A stretch of DNA of 64,000 bases from Desulfurococcales archaeon (GTDB lineage: Archaea; Thermoproteota; Thermoprotei_A; Sulfolobales; Ignisphaeraceae): NCBI GenBank assembly GCA_028275745.1, contig JAPWUB010000001.1, positions 38,950 to 102,949 on the forward strand, given 5' to 3'. How positions within the stretch are numbered: the first letter of the stretch is position 1; the number at the start of each line of letters is the position of its first letter. The notes below the pieces were generated by a model that saw only the letters and a list, made by a program, of their open reading frames with translations, was not told the origin of the DNA and did no database searches. A program made the position numbers and the translations under genes. Shown here piece by piece: positions 7,456 to 17,360 of the stretch.

Positions 7456-10362
7456 TTGCTCAAATTGATTGGTATGGTAAGGATGTGCGAAGAAGTAGTA
7501 TCATACTATATGAAACTAGGGTTTCAAAAACTGACAGAAATTCAAAGAGTTGCATGCACTAAAATATTGTCTCACGATTTTGATCTTATAATTTCTGCAC
7601 CTACGGGTTCTGGTAAAACTGAGGCAGTATTGGTGCCTTTACTAACAAAAATTTCTAAAGAGGGTTTAATATCTAACAGAGGCTTCTTAATTCTCTATGT
7701 AACTCCACTTCGAGCGCTGAATAGGGATATTGGTAGAAGAATTGAAAACATATGTGTACCTTTTGGGTGCTCTGTTAGTATATGGCATGGGGATACGCCA
7801 AGCAGTTCAAGAAAAAAGGTTCTGCGGGAGCCTCCACAAATCTTAATAACGACGCCTGAGAGCCTCAATATTTTATTGATAAAAAAGGAATTACATGAGT
7901 ATATGAGAAGTTTAAGAGCTATTATAATTGATGAAGCACAAGAAATTACGCAGTCTGAGCGTGGCACAGAACTAGTCATCTTATTGGAGAGATTGGACAT
8001 TATTAGAGGTAGACATATTAGAAGAATTGCATTACTACCTTTATTTGATGAAAATAGTGTCAGAAGTATAGGAGCTGTTCTATTCTCAGGGAGAATGTTT
8101 GATATAGCAATGGCATCGTACGCCAAGAGGTATGAAGTCGAGGTAGTTCTTAGTAATGATGAGTATAGGTGGGGCATATTCGAGGTAAATGATGTGGTAA
8201 AGAAAATTGTTGATATGATTAACTATCGTCAGCTTAAACAAGTGCTAGTTTTTACAAATACACGAACATCTGCTGAAGAGCTTAGTTTTGCAATGCAATC
8301 CTTTACTAATTTTAAAGGCGATTTAATAGGATTACATCACGGATCTTTATCAAGAAGTGTTAGAGAAGAGGTTGAAAGAAAACTAAGAGAAGGAAGAGCA
8401 AGAACTGTTATTGCTACATCAAGCCTTGAATTGGGGATAGATATAGGCACCATTGATTTGGTAATCCAGTATCTATCACCGCGGCAGGTCTCTAGGTTGA
8501 TGCAACGAGTAGGTAGAGCAGGGCATAGAGAGGGGCAAGTATCTAGAGGCTTAATTATAGTGCCACCACTTATAACCGAGCTTATAGAGTCTATAATTAT
8601 TGCGAAGAGGTTGAAGAGAGGAAATATCGAGCCCATAAATGTCCATAAAAATAGTCTAGATGTTTTAATGCATCAATTTATTGGTCTCACTCTCGAAAGA
8701 GGTTCAATATCATTATCAGATTTTTTGCAAATAATAAAAAACACTACTGTGTTCGATGGTATAGGACTAGATGAAGTGTCCAGATTAGCTCGTTTTGCTA
8801 ACGAAATAGGTCTTGCTCAGTGCGAACAAAGTGAAGTAGAAGTCAAGTGCAAACCTACGAAAAGAGGTTATATCTATTATGTAACAACAAACATGATACC
8901 AGACACGCAGGAATATCAAGCGAAGTCTGTTCTAGATCACAAAGTTATTGCAATGCTTGATGAAGGCTTTGCATCCTTGTGCGACACGGACGATGTAATA
9001 GTACTTAGTGGCAAAGCTTGGCGTGTAGTTGATGTAGATTACGAAGATAGGGTAGTATGGCTTTCACCACTGCTAAACCCAGACCAGGCAATTTTACCCA
9101 AGTGGGTTGGAGAAAATATACCTGTTGATTGGAGAACATCAAGGGAAATATGTTCATTCATTAGAAGGTTTTGCTCTTGCACAACCAGCTCTTGCATTGA
9201 GAATCTCTTTAACGAGTACGATTTAAATGATTACGTAAGGAATTTCTTAACTAAATATAAAAATGAGATATGCAAGGTTTACCCAAATGATAACGTATTA
9301 ACAATAGAGTTGCTTACAATACCCAATGAAAATAGATCGCTTATAGGGTTCTATCACTGCCTAGGTACAAGGGGTTCAGAAGCATTCTCCCTATTGCTAG
9401 CCAAGGTTTTCAGAGATCACCTACAGGTGGGCGTCACATACAAGGCACATCAGCTAGGCACAATCATAATAGTGAATAGACCAGTAACAGCAGATGAAAT
9501 TAGAAAAGCCATTGCAATTATATTAGGATTATATAAGAAAGGAAAGATTGAAGAAGCAATAATAGATGAAATTAAGAGAGCCTCCTTCTTCAAGAAGCGT
9601 GTAATAGAAGTAGCTAAGAAGATGGGAGTGCTATCAAAGAACGCGAGTTCAGAAGAAATCAGAAAGGCTTTTTCAGCACTTCTTGAGATAGAGCCTATAG
9701 TCAATGAAGCTTTACGTGAAACTCTTACTGAGAATGTTGATATTAACATTGTTGGTGAGTACATAAAGAAGTTGGAGAGAAGCAAGAAGATTCGAATAGT
9801 AGTTGCAAAAAGTGCTTCACCATTTCTCTATGAGATATCTCAGCTGGGTGCATTCCGATATATTATACGGCAATCCGTGATGCCCAAAAACTTAGTTATC
9901 GAACTATCTAAACATAGAATTCTTAGCAGAAAGGTACAGCTCCTCTGTTTAATGTGCGGTACGACATTTAGCATTAAGTTAGATGAATTTATCAAACAAA
10001 ATTGTATGAACAAAGCGCCGATTTCCTGCGAAATTTTTTGCCCAAATTGCAAGTCAAAACTATTAACAATAATTGAAAATGATCAAGAAGTAGCTGAGCT
10101 AAAATCTATTCTTATAAAAGCAAAGAAGGATGGACCAAACAGCTTAAATCCTGATGAGAGAAATAAGCTTAGGAAGGCTATGAAAATCGCAAACCTTGTC
10201 ATGGAATATGGTATTGCTGCTGTGATCGCCTTGCAAGGTATAGGAATAGGCCCTGAAACCGCGAAAAAAGTTCTTGCAAACTCAAATAGTCTCGATGAGC
10301 TCATATTAAACATAATTCATTTTGAGGAGCAATTCTTAAGAACACGTAAATATTGGGACTAA
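7456..10362 (+). CDS. lhr: Lhr-family SF2 ATP-dependent helicase with C-terminal Zn-finger/HhH region
   Basis: APTGSGKTEA, YVTPLRALNRD, WHGDT, ITTPESL, DEAQ, HHGSLS, ATSSLELGIDIG, QRVGRAGH, CLMC..CPNC, GIGPETA; true start may be ATG 7474 or 7483. Confidence 0.92.
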   Translation: MLKLIGMVRMCEEVVSYYMKLGFQKLTEIQRVACTKILSHDFDLIISAPTGSGKTEAVLVPLLTKISKEGLISNRGFLILYVTPLRALNRDIGRRIENICVPFGCSVSIWHGDTPSSSRKKVLREPPQILITTPESLNILLIKKELHEYMRSLRAIIIDEAQEITQSERGTELVILLERLDIIRGRHIRRIALLPLFDENSVRSIGAVLFSGRMFDIAMASYAKRYEVEVVLSNDEYRWGIFEVNDVVKKIVDMINYRQLKQVLVFTNTRTSAEELSFAMQSFTNFKGDLIGLHHGSLSRSVREEVERKLREGRARTVIATSSLELGIDIGTIDLVIQYLSPRQVSRLMQRVGRAGHREGQVSRGLIIVPPLITELIESIIIAKRLKRGNIEPINVHKNSLDVLMHQFIGLTLERGSISLSDFLQIIKNTTVFDGIGLDEVSRLARFANEIGLAQCEQSEVEVKCKPTKRGYIYYVTTNMIPDTQEYQAKSVLDHKVIAMLDEGFASLCDTDDVIVLSGKAWRVVDVDYEDRVVWLSPLLNPDQAILPKWVGENIPVDWRTSREICSFIRRFCSCTTSSCIENLFNEYDLNDYVRNFLTKYKNEICKVYPNDNVLTIELLTIPNENRSLIGFYHCLGTRGSEAFSLLLAKVFRDHLQVGVTYKAHQLGTIIIVNRPVTADEIRKAIAIILGLYKKGKIEEAIIDEIKRASFFKKRVIEVAKKMGVLSKNASSEEIRKAFSALLEIEPIVNEALRETLTENVDINIVGEYIKKLERSKKIRIVVAKSASPFLYEISQLGAFRYIIRQSVMPKNLVIELSKHRILSRKVQLLCLMCGTTFSIKLDEFIKQNCMNKAPISCEIFCPNCKSKLLTIIENDQEVAELKSILIKAKKDGPNSLNPDERNKLRKAMKIANLVMEYGIAAVIALQGIGIGPETAKKVLANSNSLDELILNIIHFEEQFLRTRKYWD

Positions 10363-10408
10363 AATCATTAACCTTTTTTAAACAATTAGTTACTTTGGGT
10401 CTGCTCCT

Positions 10409-10678
10409 ATGGATGTAGTATCATTAATAAAGGATTTAATCTCAAAGGCTGTTGTCATTGCATGGTTACTGTTCTTTTTATCATGGATTATAGGCTGGGC
10501 AATAAAGGGAGCTCCTATACCAATTGGCAAGGCGAGAAGGATAGGGCAAAGTATTATTGAGGATGCAGTATGGGGGGCATTCTGGGTAGCTATAGGTACA
10601 TCTATATTCTGGCTAATTATATACATATCATCAAGCCTTGGTAATGCTTTACCTCCTCCTCCAACGCCACAGCTATAG
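10409..10678 (+). CDS. cedA1: Ced DNA-import pilin CedA1
   Basis: AWLLFFLSWIIGWAIKGAPIP...GQSIIEDAVWGAFWVAIG matches the crenarchaeal CedA1 pattern; directly upstream of cedA. Confidence 0.88.
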   Translation: MDVVSLIKDLISKAVVIAWLLFFLSWIIGWAIKGAPIPIGKARRIGQSIIEDAVWGAFWVAIGTSIFWLIIYISSSLGNALPPPPTPQL

Positions 10679-10731
10679 AAAAGAAGGTTCATAGAGAATC
10701 TGTGTAATTAATTTTAATGGGATGAGCATAG

Positions 10732-12111
10732 ATGTACTTATTCTTGGTGGCATACTATCTTTCTATCCTTACATTTTACATTGGGGTACTAATTTATGCC
10801 TTGCCCATACCTGTAACAGGGTTGAAAAGATGGGGCCCTAGACTGATTACAGATTCGTTCTATGTAATGGTGCTTCTGTTCTCTGTAACCAGCATAGTAA
10901 GGTTTGCAGATCTTATTCAGCACATATTAGGTGGCGATTGGAGTTTCTTTCTATCCTACATAAAGGCATCAATATTTGTTCGCTCAAATCTTTTGCTGTT
11001 CTTTGGTATTATAAGGGACACTATTGGTGGGTTGAAGATTTTACCTGGGTTGTCAAAACTATTTTCAGTAGTCATAAATGCAATTTACTTTTCTCTCAAT
11101 GCAACATTGATTCTTTACGTGATCGCGACCCTAATTAAAATCTCTTTCTGGACTCTCGTATTACTTGGAATAACATTAATGGCGATACCCTTTAGGGTTG
11201 CACGGAATGCGGGGGCGTTTCTCATTGCATTCTCTATTGTATTTTATACTGCACTCCCCTTATATACACAATTTGTGCAACTTCTTTTTGTTTCTGAGCC
11301 TCGGCAATTCACTCCCATAATACTTCAAGGAAATATCATCAATATGCATGGTCAACCTCTTGCTTACGGTTATATAGAGTTAAAATATGATGATGAGTAC
11401 ATAGGACCCTTACCAGTTAATGCCTGGGGATATATGATTCCAATAACTTCAGACATGCTTAGTAAGAATATAACATTGTATTTCGATATTTGCGGTCATC
11501 GCTTTTTCACAAATGTATCTAATGTGCCAGTAAGAAGTCTTTGTGGCTTTAATAATCATAGTGTTTTCATATGCAGAGTTAATCTAATGGTATATGGATT
11601 AATTGAGTATAGAGAGGGTATAGCTCTACATGTAATACCATTTCCTGAAAACGTTGAAGTACTCACATTCAATTCTACAGTTATTCGTCTTCTTATCAAT
11701 ACGACAACACCTATAGACTTCTACATATCTATCTCCAAAGGCTATGACATTAAGTCTATAAAAATAGATGAAACAGAAATACACGATATTGGGAAATTTT
11801 ACAAGTACTCATGGAAGTGGTATGATGTGGAAGGAAATACGTACGTCTTAAATTTACCTGAAGGAGATCACGAGATAACTATCAGTATAAATAGAAATGG
11901 TAATCGTATAGAACCAAGCGAATACTACATCTTCAATGCACAAGTTAGACTTACGGAACTCGGTAACATTCCAAGCATTGTTGATGAGCTGGCTAGAATT
12001 ATGTACATAGATGTTATAGCTGCCGCACTCTATATATCATTGCTTCTATCCATTAGTTATGGACTTGCACGTGCAATTGGAGGAGCGTCAAGACTCAGGC
12101 TGATACCATGA
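10732..12111 (+). CDS. cedA: Ced DNA-import membrane channel CedA (long form)
   Basis: YYLSILTFYIGVLIYALPIP..GLKRWGPRLI.D and LMAIPFRVARNAGAFLIAFSIVFY.ALP are CedA signatures. Confidence 0.85.
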   Translation: MYLFLVAYYLSILTFYIGVLIYALPIPVTGLKRWGPRLITDSFYVMVLLFSVTSIVRFADLIQHILGGDWSFFLSYIKASIFVRSNLLLFFGIIRDTIGGLKILPGLSKLFSVVINAIYFSLNATLILYVIATLIKISFWTLVLLGITLMAIPFRVARNAGAFLIAFSIVFYTALPLYTQFVQLLFVSEPRQFTPIILQGNIINMHGQPLAYGYIELKYDDEYIGPLPVNAWGYMIPITSDMLSKNITLYFDICGHRFFTNVSNVPVRSLCGFNNHSVFICRVNLMVYGLIEYREGIALHVIPFPENVEVLTFNSTVIRLLINTTTPIDFYISISKGYDIKSIKIDETEIHDIGKFYKYSWKWYDVEGNTYVLNLPEGDHEITISINRNGNRIEPSEYYIFNAQVRLTELGNIPSIVDELARIMYIDVIAAALYISLLLSISYGLARAIGGASRLRLIP

Positions 12112-12290
12112 CAATTTCTAAGGAGCTTTTAAGGAGAATAATAATATTCAACTTAATAGCAATGATTACTTCAGTCATTATGCTTCAATACGGCTACATA
12201 AGCGTGTTTAACATGCTATTGACTATTATAATTCTCATTCTTGCAACATTACTAATTGTAAGTTTTTCGCAAACACTAAAAGATGAATAG
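12108..12290 (+). CDS. cedA2: small two-TM protein, probable CedA2
   Basis: 60 aa with two hydrophobic helices; start overlaps cedA stop (ATGA); position in cedA1-cedA-cedA2 synteny. Confidence 0.6.
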   Translation: MTISKELLRRIIIFNLIAMITSVIMLQYGYISVFNMLLTIIILILATLLIVSFSQTLKDE

Positions 12291-12432
12291 CTGTGCATTT
12301 GTAGGTACTATGAAGTTATCCTTTAAAATTAGAATTTATGTAAAAAGTTATATTTACTCTTCTCAGAACAAGAGGTAATAAGTAATACACTAAATGCGCT
12401 ATAAAGTATTTGTTGGTTTAAGGTGTGCTTTA

Positions 12433-12720
12433 ATGACCGAAGAAAATGCTGAGGAAGTTTCAAGTGAAGAGAGTGAAGTGGTGGAAGAAGTTAGTGAGAC
12501 GTACGAAGAAGGTAGAGAAGAATTAGAATATATACCATTTTCTCCGCTGGAGTTAGAATTGTTCATTTCACGTAGTGAAATTTGGGACAAATTAGTTAAG
12601 GGAGAGCTAGGAATAGATGAAGCGAAAAAAATGATTGAAGAATTAACATCGAAATCATTAGAGCCAGTGGCACAAGCCAAAAGTAGTAAAAAGAGAAAGA
12701 GACAAAAGAAAGGTAGCTAG
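12433..12720 (+). CDS. rpo13: RNA polymerase subunit Rpo13
   Basis: acidic N-tail, core LELELFISRSEIWDKLVKGELGIDEAKKM, basic C-tail, as in Sulfolobus Rpo13; SD GGTG before ATG 12433. Confidence 0.85.
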   Translation: MTEENAEEVSSEESEVVEEVSETYEEGREELEYIPFSPLELELFISRSEIWDKLVKGELGIDEAKKMIEELTSKSLEPVAQAKSSKKRKRQKKGS

Positions 12721-12781
12721 ACCTAATTTGTTTTGTACTCCGCTTTAAGGATACTAAATAATTGATTTATTCGTGAAATAA

Positions 12782-13162
12782 TTATTTAGTATCCTTTTCA
12801 ACTGTGTAGCCTAGTTGTGTCAACGCAGTTTCAAGAATAGGTAAAGTTATAGATTTATCAAATACTATTACAACAATTTTTTTCCCATCTTTTATTGAAA
12901 GTTTAATCTTGTCAACAAGAACGTTTTCCTTTATTAAATCACTTATACTTTTTCTAGGTGTGAGAAAGTCTTTGAATTTCCTTTGCATCAATGAGTAGAA
13001 CTCGTTAAAATGTTCTATCATGCGTATGGCATCATCAACATCCTCACCTCCTTTTCCTAAAAGTTTTTGTAATCCCCTTATTAATTCGATTGACTTCTCT
13101 GCTTCTATTTCTACTGCTACGTAGTTTCCAGGCAACATAAACAGTTTTATGCTTTGGTTCAT
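12782..13162 (-). CDS. conserved hypothetical protein
   Basis: 126-aa ORF with typical composition filling the gap between rpo13 and PCNA. Confidence 0.7.
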   Translation of the reverse strand: MNQSIKLFMLPGNYVAVEIEAEKSIELIRGLQKLLGKGGEDVDDAIRMIEHFNEFYSLMQRKFKDFLTPRKSISDLIKENVLVDKIKLSIKDGKKIVVIVFDKSITLPILETALTQLGYTVEKDTK

Positions 13163-13258
13163 GGCTTCTCATCTTGTTGAACTATTCTAATTTCCGTATT
13201 TAACCGATAGTTTTTTAGAGTCTTTAAAGCATTAAGAAGTTATATGGGCTGAAATAGA

Positions 13259-14020
13259 ATGAGTGCACATGTAACTTATCCCGTTGGTGCAGTAATGAAA
13301 AGCATAGCACAAGCACTAAAGCGTGTTGTTGATCAGGTTCCGCTAGTTATAGGATTGGATCAGTTCTCAATTGAAGCTTTTTCACCAGATAAAGTGGCCT
13401 TAATTGTCGTTTCCATTCCTTCTTCAGCCTTTGAGGAGTACAATGTTAGTTCTGAGATCCGCATTGTTATTGATAGAGATGAATTTGCTAAAGCGCTTAA
13501 AAAAGCTACAAAAAGAGATAAGGTAGTTTTTGAGTATGGTGAGGGGTCTAGGGAGCTTAAGGTTAAGGTGATTAGTGTTAGAACAAACTTAGAAAGAGAA
13601 TTCATTGTTCCAATATCAGAGGTAACGTTTGAAAGAGTTGGGGAGATAGATGTTCAGCTAGAGGTTACTGCAAGTGTACCAGCGTCAGAGCTTGTTGCGG
13701 TAATTAAAGACGCTGATGTTGTAAGCGAAGAGATAACATTTATCTATTCATCTGAGTTGAATGGCATAAGGGTGGCAGCACACGGTGATATAGCATCTTA
13801 TGAGACCGTTTTAAAGCAGTTCCAACCATTAACATATCTTGAATCTGCCGTTAGTACTGCAATGGCTAAGTACAGCGTTGAACACCTAAAGGCTTTAGCA
13901 AAACTTCTTGACTTAGCAGATGAATGCACTATCGCATTTGGCTCTGACAAGCCGCTTAAAATATCATTCAATTTAACTGGTGGCGGTCAAGTCACCATAT
14001 GGGTTGCTCCAAGAGCATAA
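13259..14020 (+). CDS. pcn: DNA sliding clamp PCNA paralog (PCNA1-like)
   Basis: AFSPDKVALIVVSIPSSAFEEY, AKYSVEHL, KPLKISF..GGGQVTIWVAPR. Confidence 0.92.
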   Translation: MSAHVTYPVGAVMKSIAQALKRVVDQVPLVIGLDQFSIEAFSPDKVALIVVSIPSSAFEEYNVSSEIRIVIDRDEFAKALKKATKRDKVVFEYGEGSRELKVKVISVRTNLEREFIVPISEVTFERVGEIDVQLEVTASVPASELVAVIKDADVVSEEITFIYSSELNGIRVAAHGDIASYETVLKQFQPLTYLESAVSTAMAKYSVEHLKALAKLLDLADECTIAFGSDKPLKISFNLTGGGQVTIWVAPRA

Positions 14021-14032
14021 GGATGGAAGTCT

Positions 14033-14422
14033 ATGTATACGGAAATTGTAAAAGTTGATGCAAAGGGTAGAATAACAATACCCTCCTCTGTTAGGCTTCT
14101 TCTAGGCATTGAGGAAGGAGATCAACTGCTACTAATAGTTGATGAAGAGCACCATGCAATAAAGCTTCAAACCTTTAAAAATGATAGCGTAGTGATATGT
14201 AAAATGATAATTAACGCTAAAAGCATTAATGAAATATTTTCATCTCTTGCCAATAAAATTATTAACTTCAGTTGCCTATGCATAGATGATGTTTGCGAAA
14301 CATATAGATGTAAGCTTGTAGTATCCAGTGATGTAGTAGAGAAGATCCTTAATATTGAACCCGGCACCTTATGTATCGATACAACTGAAGCTATTAAGAA
14401 ATTGAGTAGAACTCTTGAATAA
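14033..14422 (+). CDS. AbrB/SpoVT/MazE-family DNA-binding protein
   Basis: VKVDAKGRITIPSSVRLLLGIEEGD swapped-hairpin motif; Cys-containing C-terminal domain. Confidence 0.85.
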   Translation: MYTEIVKVDAKGRITIPSSVRLLLGIEEGDQLLLIVDEEHHAIKLQTFKNDSVVICKMIINAKSINEIFSSLANKIINFSCLCIDDVCETYRCKLVVSSDVVEKILNIEPGTLCIDTTEAIKKLSRTLE

Positions 14423-14489
14423 GTCCAACAGTGAAATACTTTTTATACTTTATTTACATTAAAAATTATTAAGGAAATGGTGTCATGCT

Positions 14490-15257
14490 ATGAGTTCACA
14501 ATTAAGGTTTACGTTTGCTGATGCAAGGATATGGAGATATGTGTTAAGGGCTTTAGCAGAGTATTTGGAAGTTGTAGGCATGAAAGTAAGTCCAAATGAG
14601 GGAGTCAGGATAAAGGCTATGGATCCTAGTAGGGTCATGCTACTCGATTTTCACATACCTCCCTCAGCTTTTGAGGAGTTTGTTGTTGAGAAAGAGGAAA
14701 TATTATTTCTCAATTTAGAGAACGTCCCTAAGGTACTTAGAAGAGCTTCAAAGAACGATAAGTTAGCCATGTCAAGCGATGGTACAAGACTAACGCTGAC
14801 ATTAATATCGAAAGGTGGGGCTCATCGTAGCTTTACCTTCCCACTTATATCAGCGTCTTACGAGGAAATTCCAGAACTATCTCTAGAATTCAAAGTCTCT
14901 GCAAAAATTATAAGTCCAATTCTAGCGGCAGTTCTTTCAATATTGAAGGATGTGGGTGAGTCAACAAAGTTTAAGGCTCTTCGTGAAGGATTGTCAATAA
15001 CGTCTTCCTCAGAGCTTGGTGAAATAGAGTTTCTCTTTACAACTACAACAGGAACATTAATAGATTACCAAATACCTGAAGACTTTACAGAATTCACAAA
15101 TACGTATTCAACAGAATATGTAGCATTACTTTCGCCAATAGCTCGAATTGCAGAAAGTACAACTATAAAGTTAGCTCCGGAAGCACCTTGTGAAATAGCT
15201 CTAGATCTTGCTGCAGGAGCACAACTAAGAGTCTATATAGCACCTCGAATTGAGTGA
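14490..15257 (+). CDS. pcn: DNA sliding clamp PCNA paralog
   Basis: IKAMDPSRVMLLDF..PPSAFEEF, NTYSTEY, LRVYIAPRIE. Confidence 0.95.
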   Translation: MSSQLRFTFADARIWRYVLRALAEYLEVVGMKVSPNEGVRIKAMDPSRVMLLDFHIPPSAFEEFVVEKEEILFLNLENVPKVLRRASKNDKLAMSSDGTRLTLTLISKGGAHRSFTFPLISASYEEIPELSLEFKVSAKIISPILAAVLSILKDVGESTKFKALREGLSITSSSELGEIEFLFTTTTGTLIDYQIPEDFTEFTNTYSTEYVALLSPIARIAESTTIKLAPEAPCEIALDLAAGAQLRVYIAPRIE

Positions 15258-15266
15258 TGATCTAAG

Positions 15267-16481
15267 GTGGCTTTGAAGAAAGTCGCAGAGAAAGATGCTC
15301 ATCTGATCTTTAAAGAGCTTTTTAGGAAATACTACAGAGTTGCAGATCTAATACTGCCTCAAGATCTTGGCCTGCGAGAAATAGCTCTACAAGACTTTGA
15401 TGGAGGCTATTACATAAGGCACTTAGCATTTGAGAATAAGTCTCAGCTTATTGAATTCATAACGCGTGAGCACGTACCCAAGGATCTTTACTACTCTTCA
15501 GCTAAGTATAGGGATCCAGGCAATAGTTCAATGGAGGGAAAGGGGTGGATTGGTAGTGATTTGATATTTGATATAGACGCAGATGAACTACCGTTATGTT
15601 CTTCAAAGATTGTAGAATTTCGTTTTTGTCCAAAATGTGGTTATGTAGCAACTAATCCTAATGAAAAAACATGTCCACAATGCAATATAGAGCTAGCAAA
15701 ATTTAGGCATGTGGAACCAGAATGTATTAGTATGGCATTCGATTGTTTGAAAGAATTGGTCGACGTTATTGAGAATGATTTTGGATTTGCAGATTACAGA
15801 GCTAGTTTTTCTGGTAATAGAGGGTTTCATTTAATAGTAGAGCTTCAACATCCGTATGATTTGTTAGACTCTGAGATGAGAAGAGAGATAGTATCTTATC
15901 TAGTTCTCGATGATGTGCAAAAGAAATTTATAAAAAATGTCTTTGTAACTGAGTTAAGTAGAAAAGGTAGAAAAGGAGTTTTAAGTATAATACCGCGCAT
16001 AGTAGATGGTGGTATAAGAAGAAGGATAGCAAAGGCATTGTTAAGGAAAGTCCCTGAACATTCAAAAAGCTATATTCTTGGCTATGTAAATGAAATAGAT
16101 GTGTCTAAAGCTGTTGAGATTGTAAACATACTACGTAGCAATCTTGATGAAATTCTGAACATGGTAAGCATACCCGTTGATGCTAAGGTTACAATAGATC
16201 TAACTCACTTAGTTAGGGTGCCAAATAGCATAAATGGGAAAACGGGGTGGAGAGCCTATTTAATAGACGACTTATCTGAGTTTAGATTAGATGAGTTAAA
16301 GGTTTCAATAGGCAATATAAGTGAGACCTTTAGGATCGAGTTTATTGTATCCTTGCCAGAGATAAGAGTTATAGATAGGGCATTTAAAGTAAAACAAGAT
16401 GATATATTAGACTTAGAATATGCATACGCATCCTACTTTATTTTTAAGGGCGTGGCAAAGTTAATTGATGTGAAGAGGTAG
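15267..16481 (+). CDS. priS: DNA primase small (catalytic) subunit
   Basis: REIA, RHL, LYYSSAKY, DLIFDIDAD, Zn ribbon CPKC..CPQC, FSGNRGFH, VDAKVTIDLTHLVRVPNSINGKTG. Confidence 0.96.
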   Translation: MALKKVAEKDAHLIFKELFRKYYRVADLILPQDLGLREIALQDFDGGYYIRHLAFENKSQLIEFITREHVPKDLYYSSAKYRDPGNSSMEGKGWIGSDLIFDIDADELPLCSSKIVEFRFCPKCGYVATNPNEKTCPQCNIELAKFRHVEPECISMAFDCLKELVDVIENDFGFADYRASFSGNRGFHLIVELQHPYDLLDSEMRREIVSYLVLDDVQKKFIKNVFVTELSRKGRKGVLSIIPRIVDGGIRRRIAKALLRKVPEHSKSYILGYVNEIDVSKAVEIVNILRSNLDEILNMVSIPVDAKVTIDLTHLVRVPNSINGKTGWRAYLIDDLSEFRLDELKVSIGNISETFRIEFIVSLPEIRVIDRAFKVKQDDILDLEYAYASYFIFKGVAKLIDVKR

Positions 16482-16981
16482 TGTTTATGGCGTTCACTGG
16501 GGTATTTGAGAAGCTTAAAAAAGTTTATGATGAGGTGCTAGAAGGGAGAAAAACAAGTTCAAGTGAGCTCTACTCTATATTAATTGGATTAAATAGGCAT
16601 CTGATGCAGATAAGAACATGGTGTTTAGAGAATAAAGGAAATGAATTTGAACAACTATGTCTAGAAATAGAATCATTCACACTAAGTCTATTCAAAACAC
16701 TGCTTGCATTCATATTTAACAAAGCGATTCTGGATAATGTACAGATAGAGAATGATGAGCTTGGGTCATCATTACAAAAGATGCTCGGCACCGCAACAAA
16801 TCTCCTAACCGTACTCAGCAAAACCATTATAATCAATGATAGGGATGTGTTATGTAAGGTGATAAAGGCGTTTCAAAAAGGGAATACAATTATTCCTTCA
16901 GGCTATGTAACGTTCATGCCTTTATCGGAAGCCTTATACCTTTTAATTCTTGGGTTTGTAAAGATTCTTGAGATTTTTTGA
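16481..16981 (+). CDS. probable GINS subunit Gins15 (Gins51)
   Basis: helical A domain plus short beta-rich C-terminal B domain (VLCKVIK..GYVTFMPLSEALYL..GFVKIL); conserved PCNA-priS-gins15-L44e synteny. Confidence 0.65.
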   Translation: MFMAFTGVFEKLKKVYDEVLEGRKTSSSELYSILIGLNRHLMQIRTWCLENKGNEFEQLCLEIESFTLSLFKTLLAFIFNKAILDNVQIENDELGSSLQKMLGTATNLLTVLSKTIIINDRDVLCKVIKAFQKGNTIIPSGYVTFMPLSEALYLLILGFVKILEIF

Positions 16982-17063
16982 TAACCGCTTATAACTGTTG
17001 CTGTTGGATACTATGAGAGCAGAATTATTGACACCACTACTAAGATACTGTAGGTGTTAAGCT

Positions 17064-17345
17064 ATGAAAATACCAAAAGTAATTGTAACATACTGTCCAC
17101 GATGTAAAACGCATACAGAGCACTCAGTAACCATATATAAACATGGAAAGAGAAGGACTCTTGCACAAGGTCAGAGAAGGTATTTGAGAAAGCAACAAGG
17201 TTACGGATCCAAAAGAAAGCCTGAGCAAAAGAGGTTTGCAAAAGTTACAAAAAAGGTTGTACTGAAGCTGAAGTGTACAAAGTGTGGATATATTCAGCAT
17301 AGAAAGGGCATTAGATTGAAGAGAGCAGAACTTGTAGAGAAGTAG
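17064..17345 (+). CDS. rpl44e: 50S ribosomal protein L44e (eL42)
   Basis: [34 protein letters not shown]. Confidence 0.97.
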   Translation: MKIPKVIVTYCPRCKTHTEHSVTIYKHGKRRTLAQGQRRYLRKQQGYGSKRKPEQKRFAKVTKKVVLKLKCTKCGYIQHRKGIRLKRAELVEK

Positions 17346-17360
17346 GGGTGGTGACTAAGT

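Noticed and set aside
14033-14422. AbrB/MazE gene as the antitoxin of a TA pair
   Set aside because: No PIN or MazF toxin gene adjacent; the next gene is PCNA
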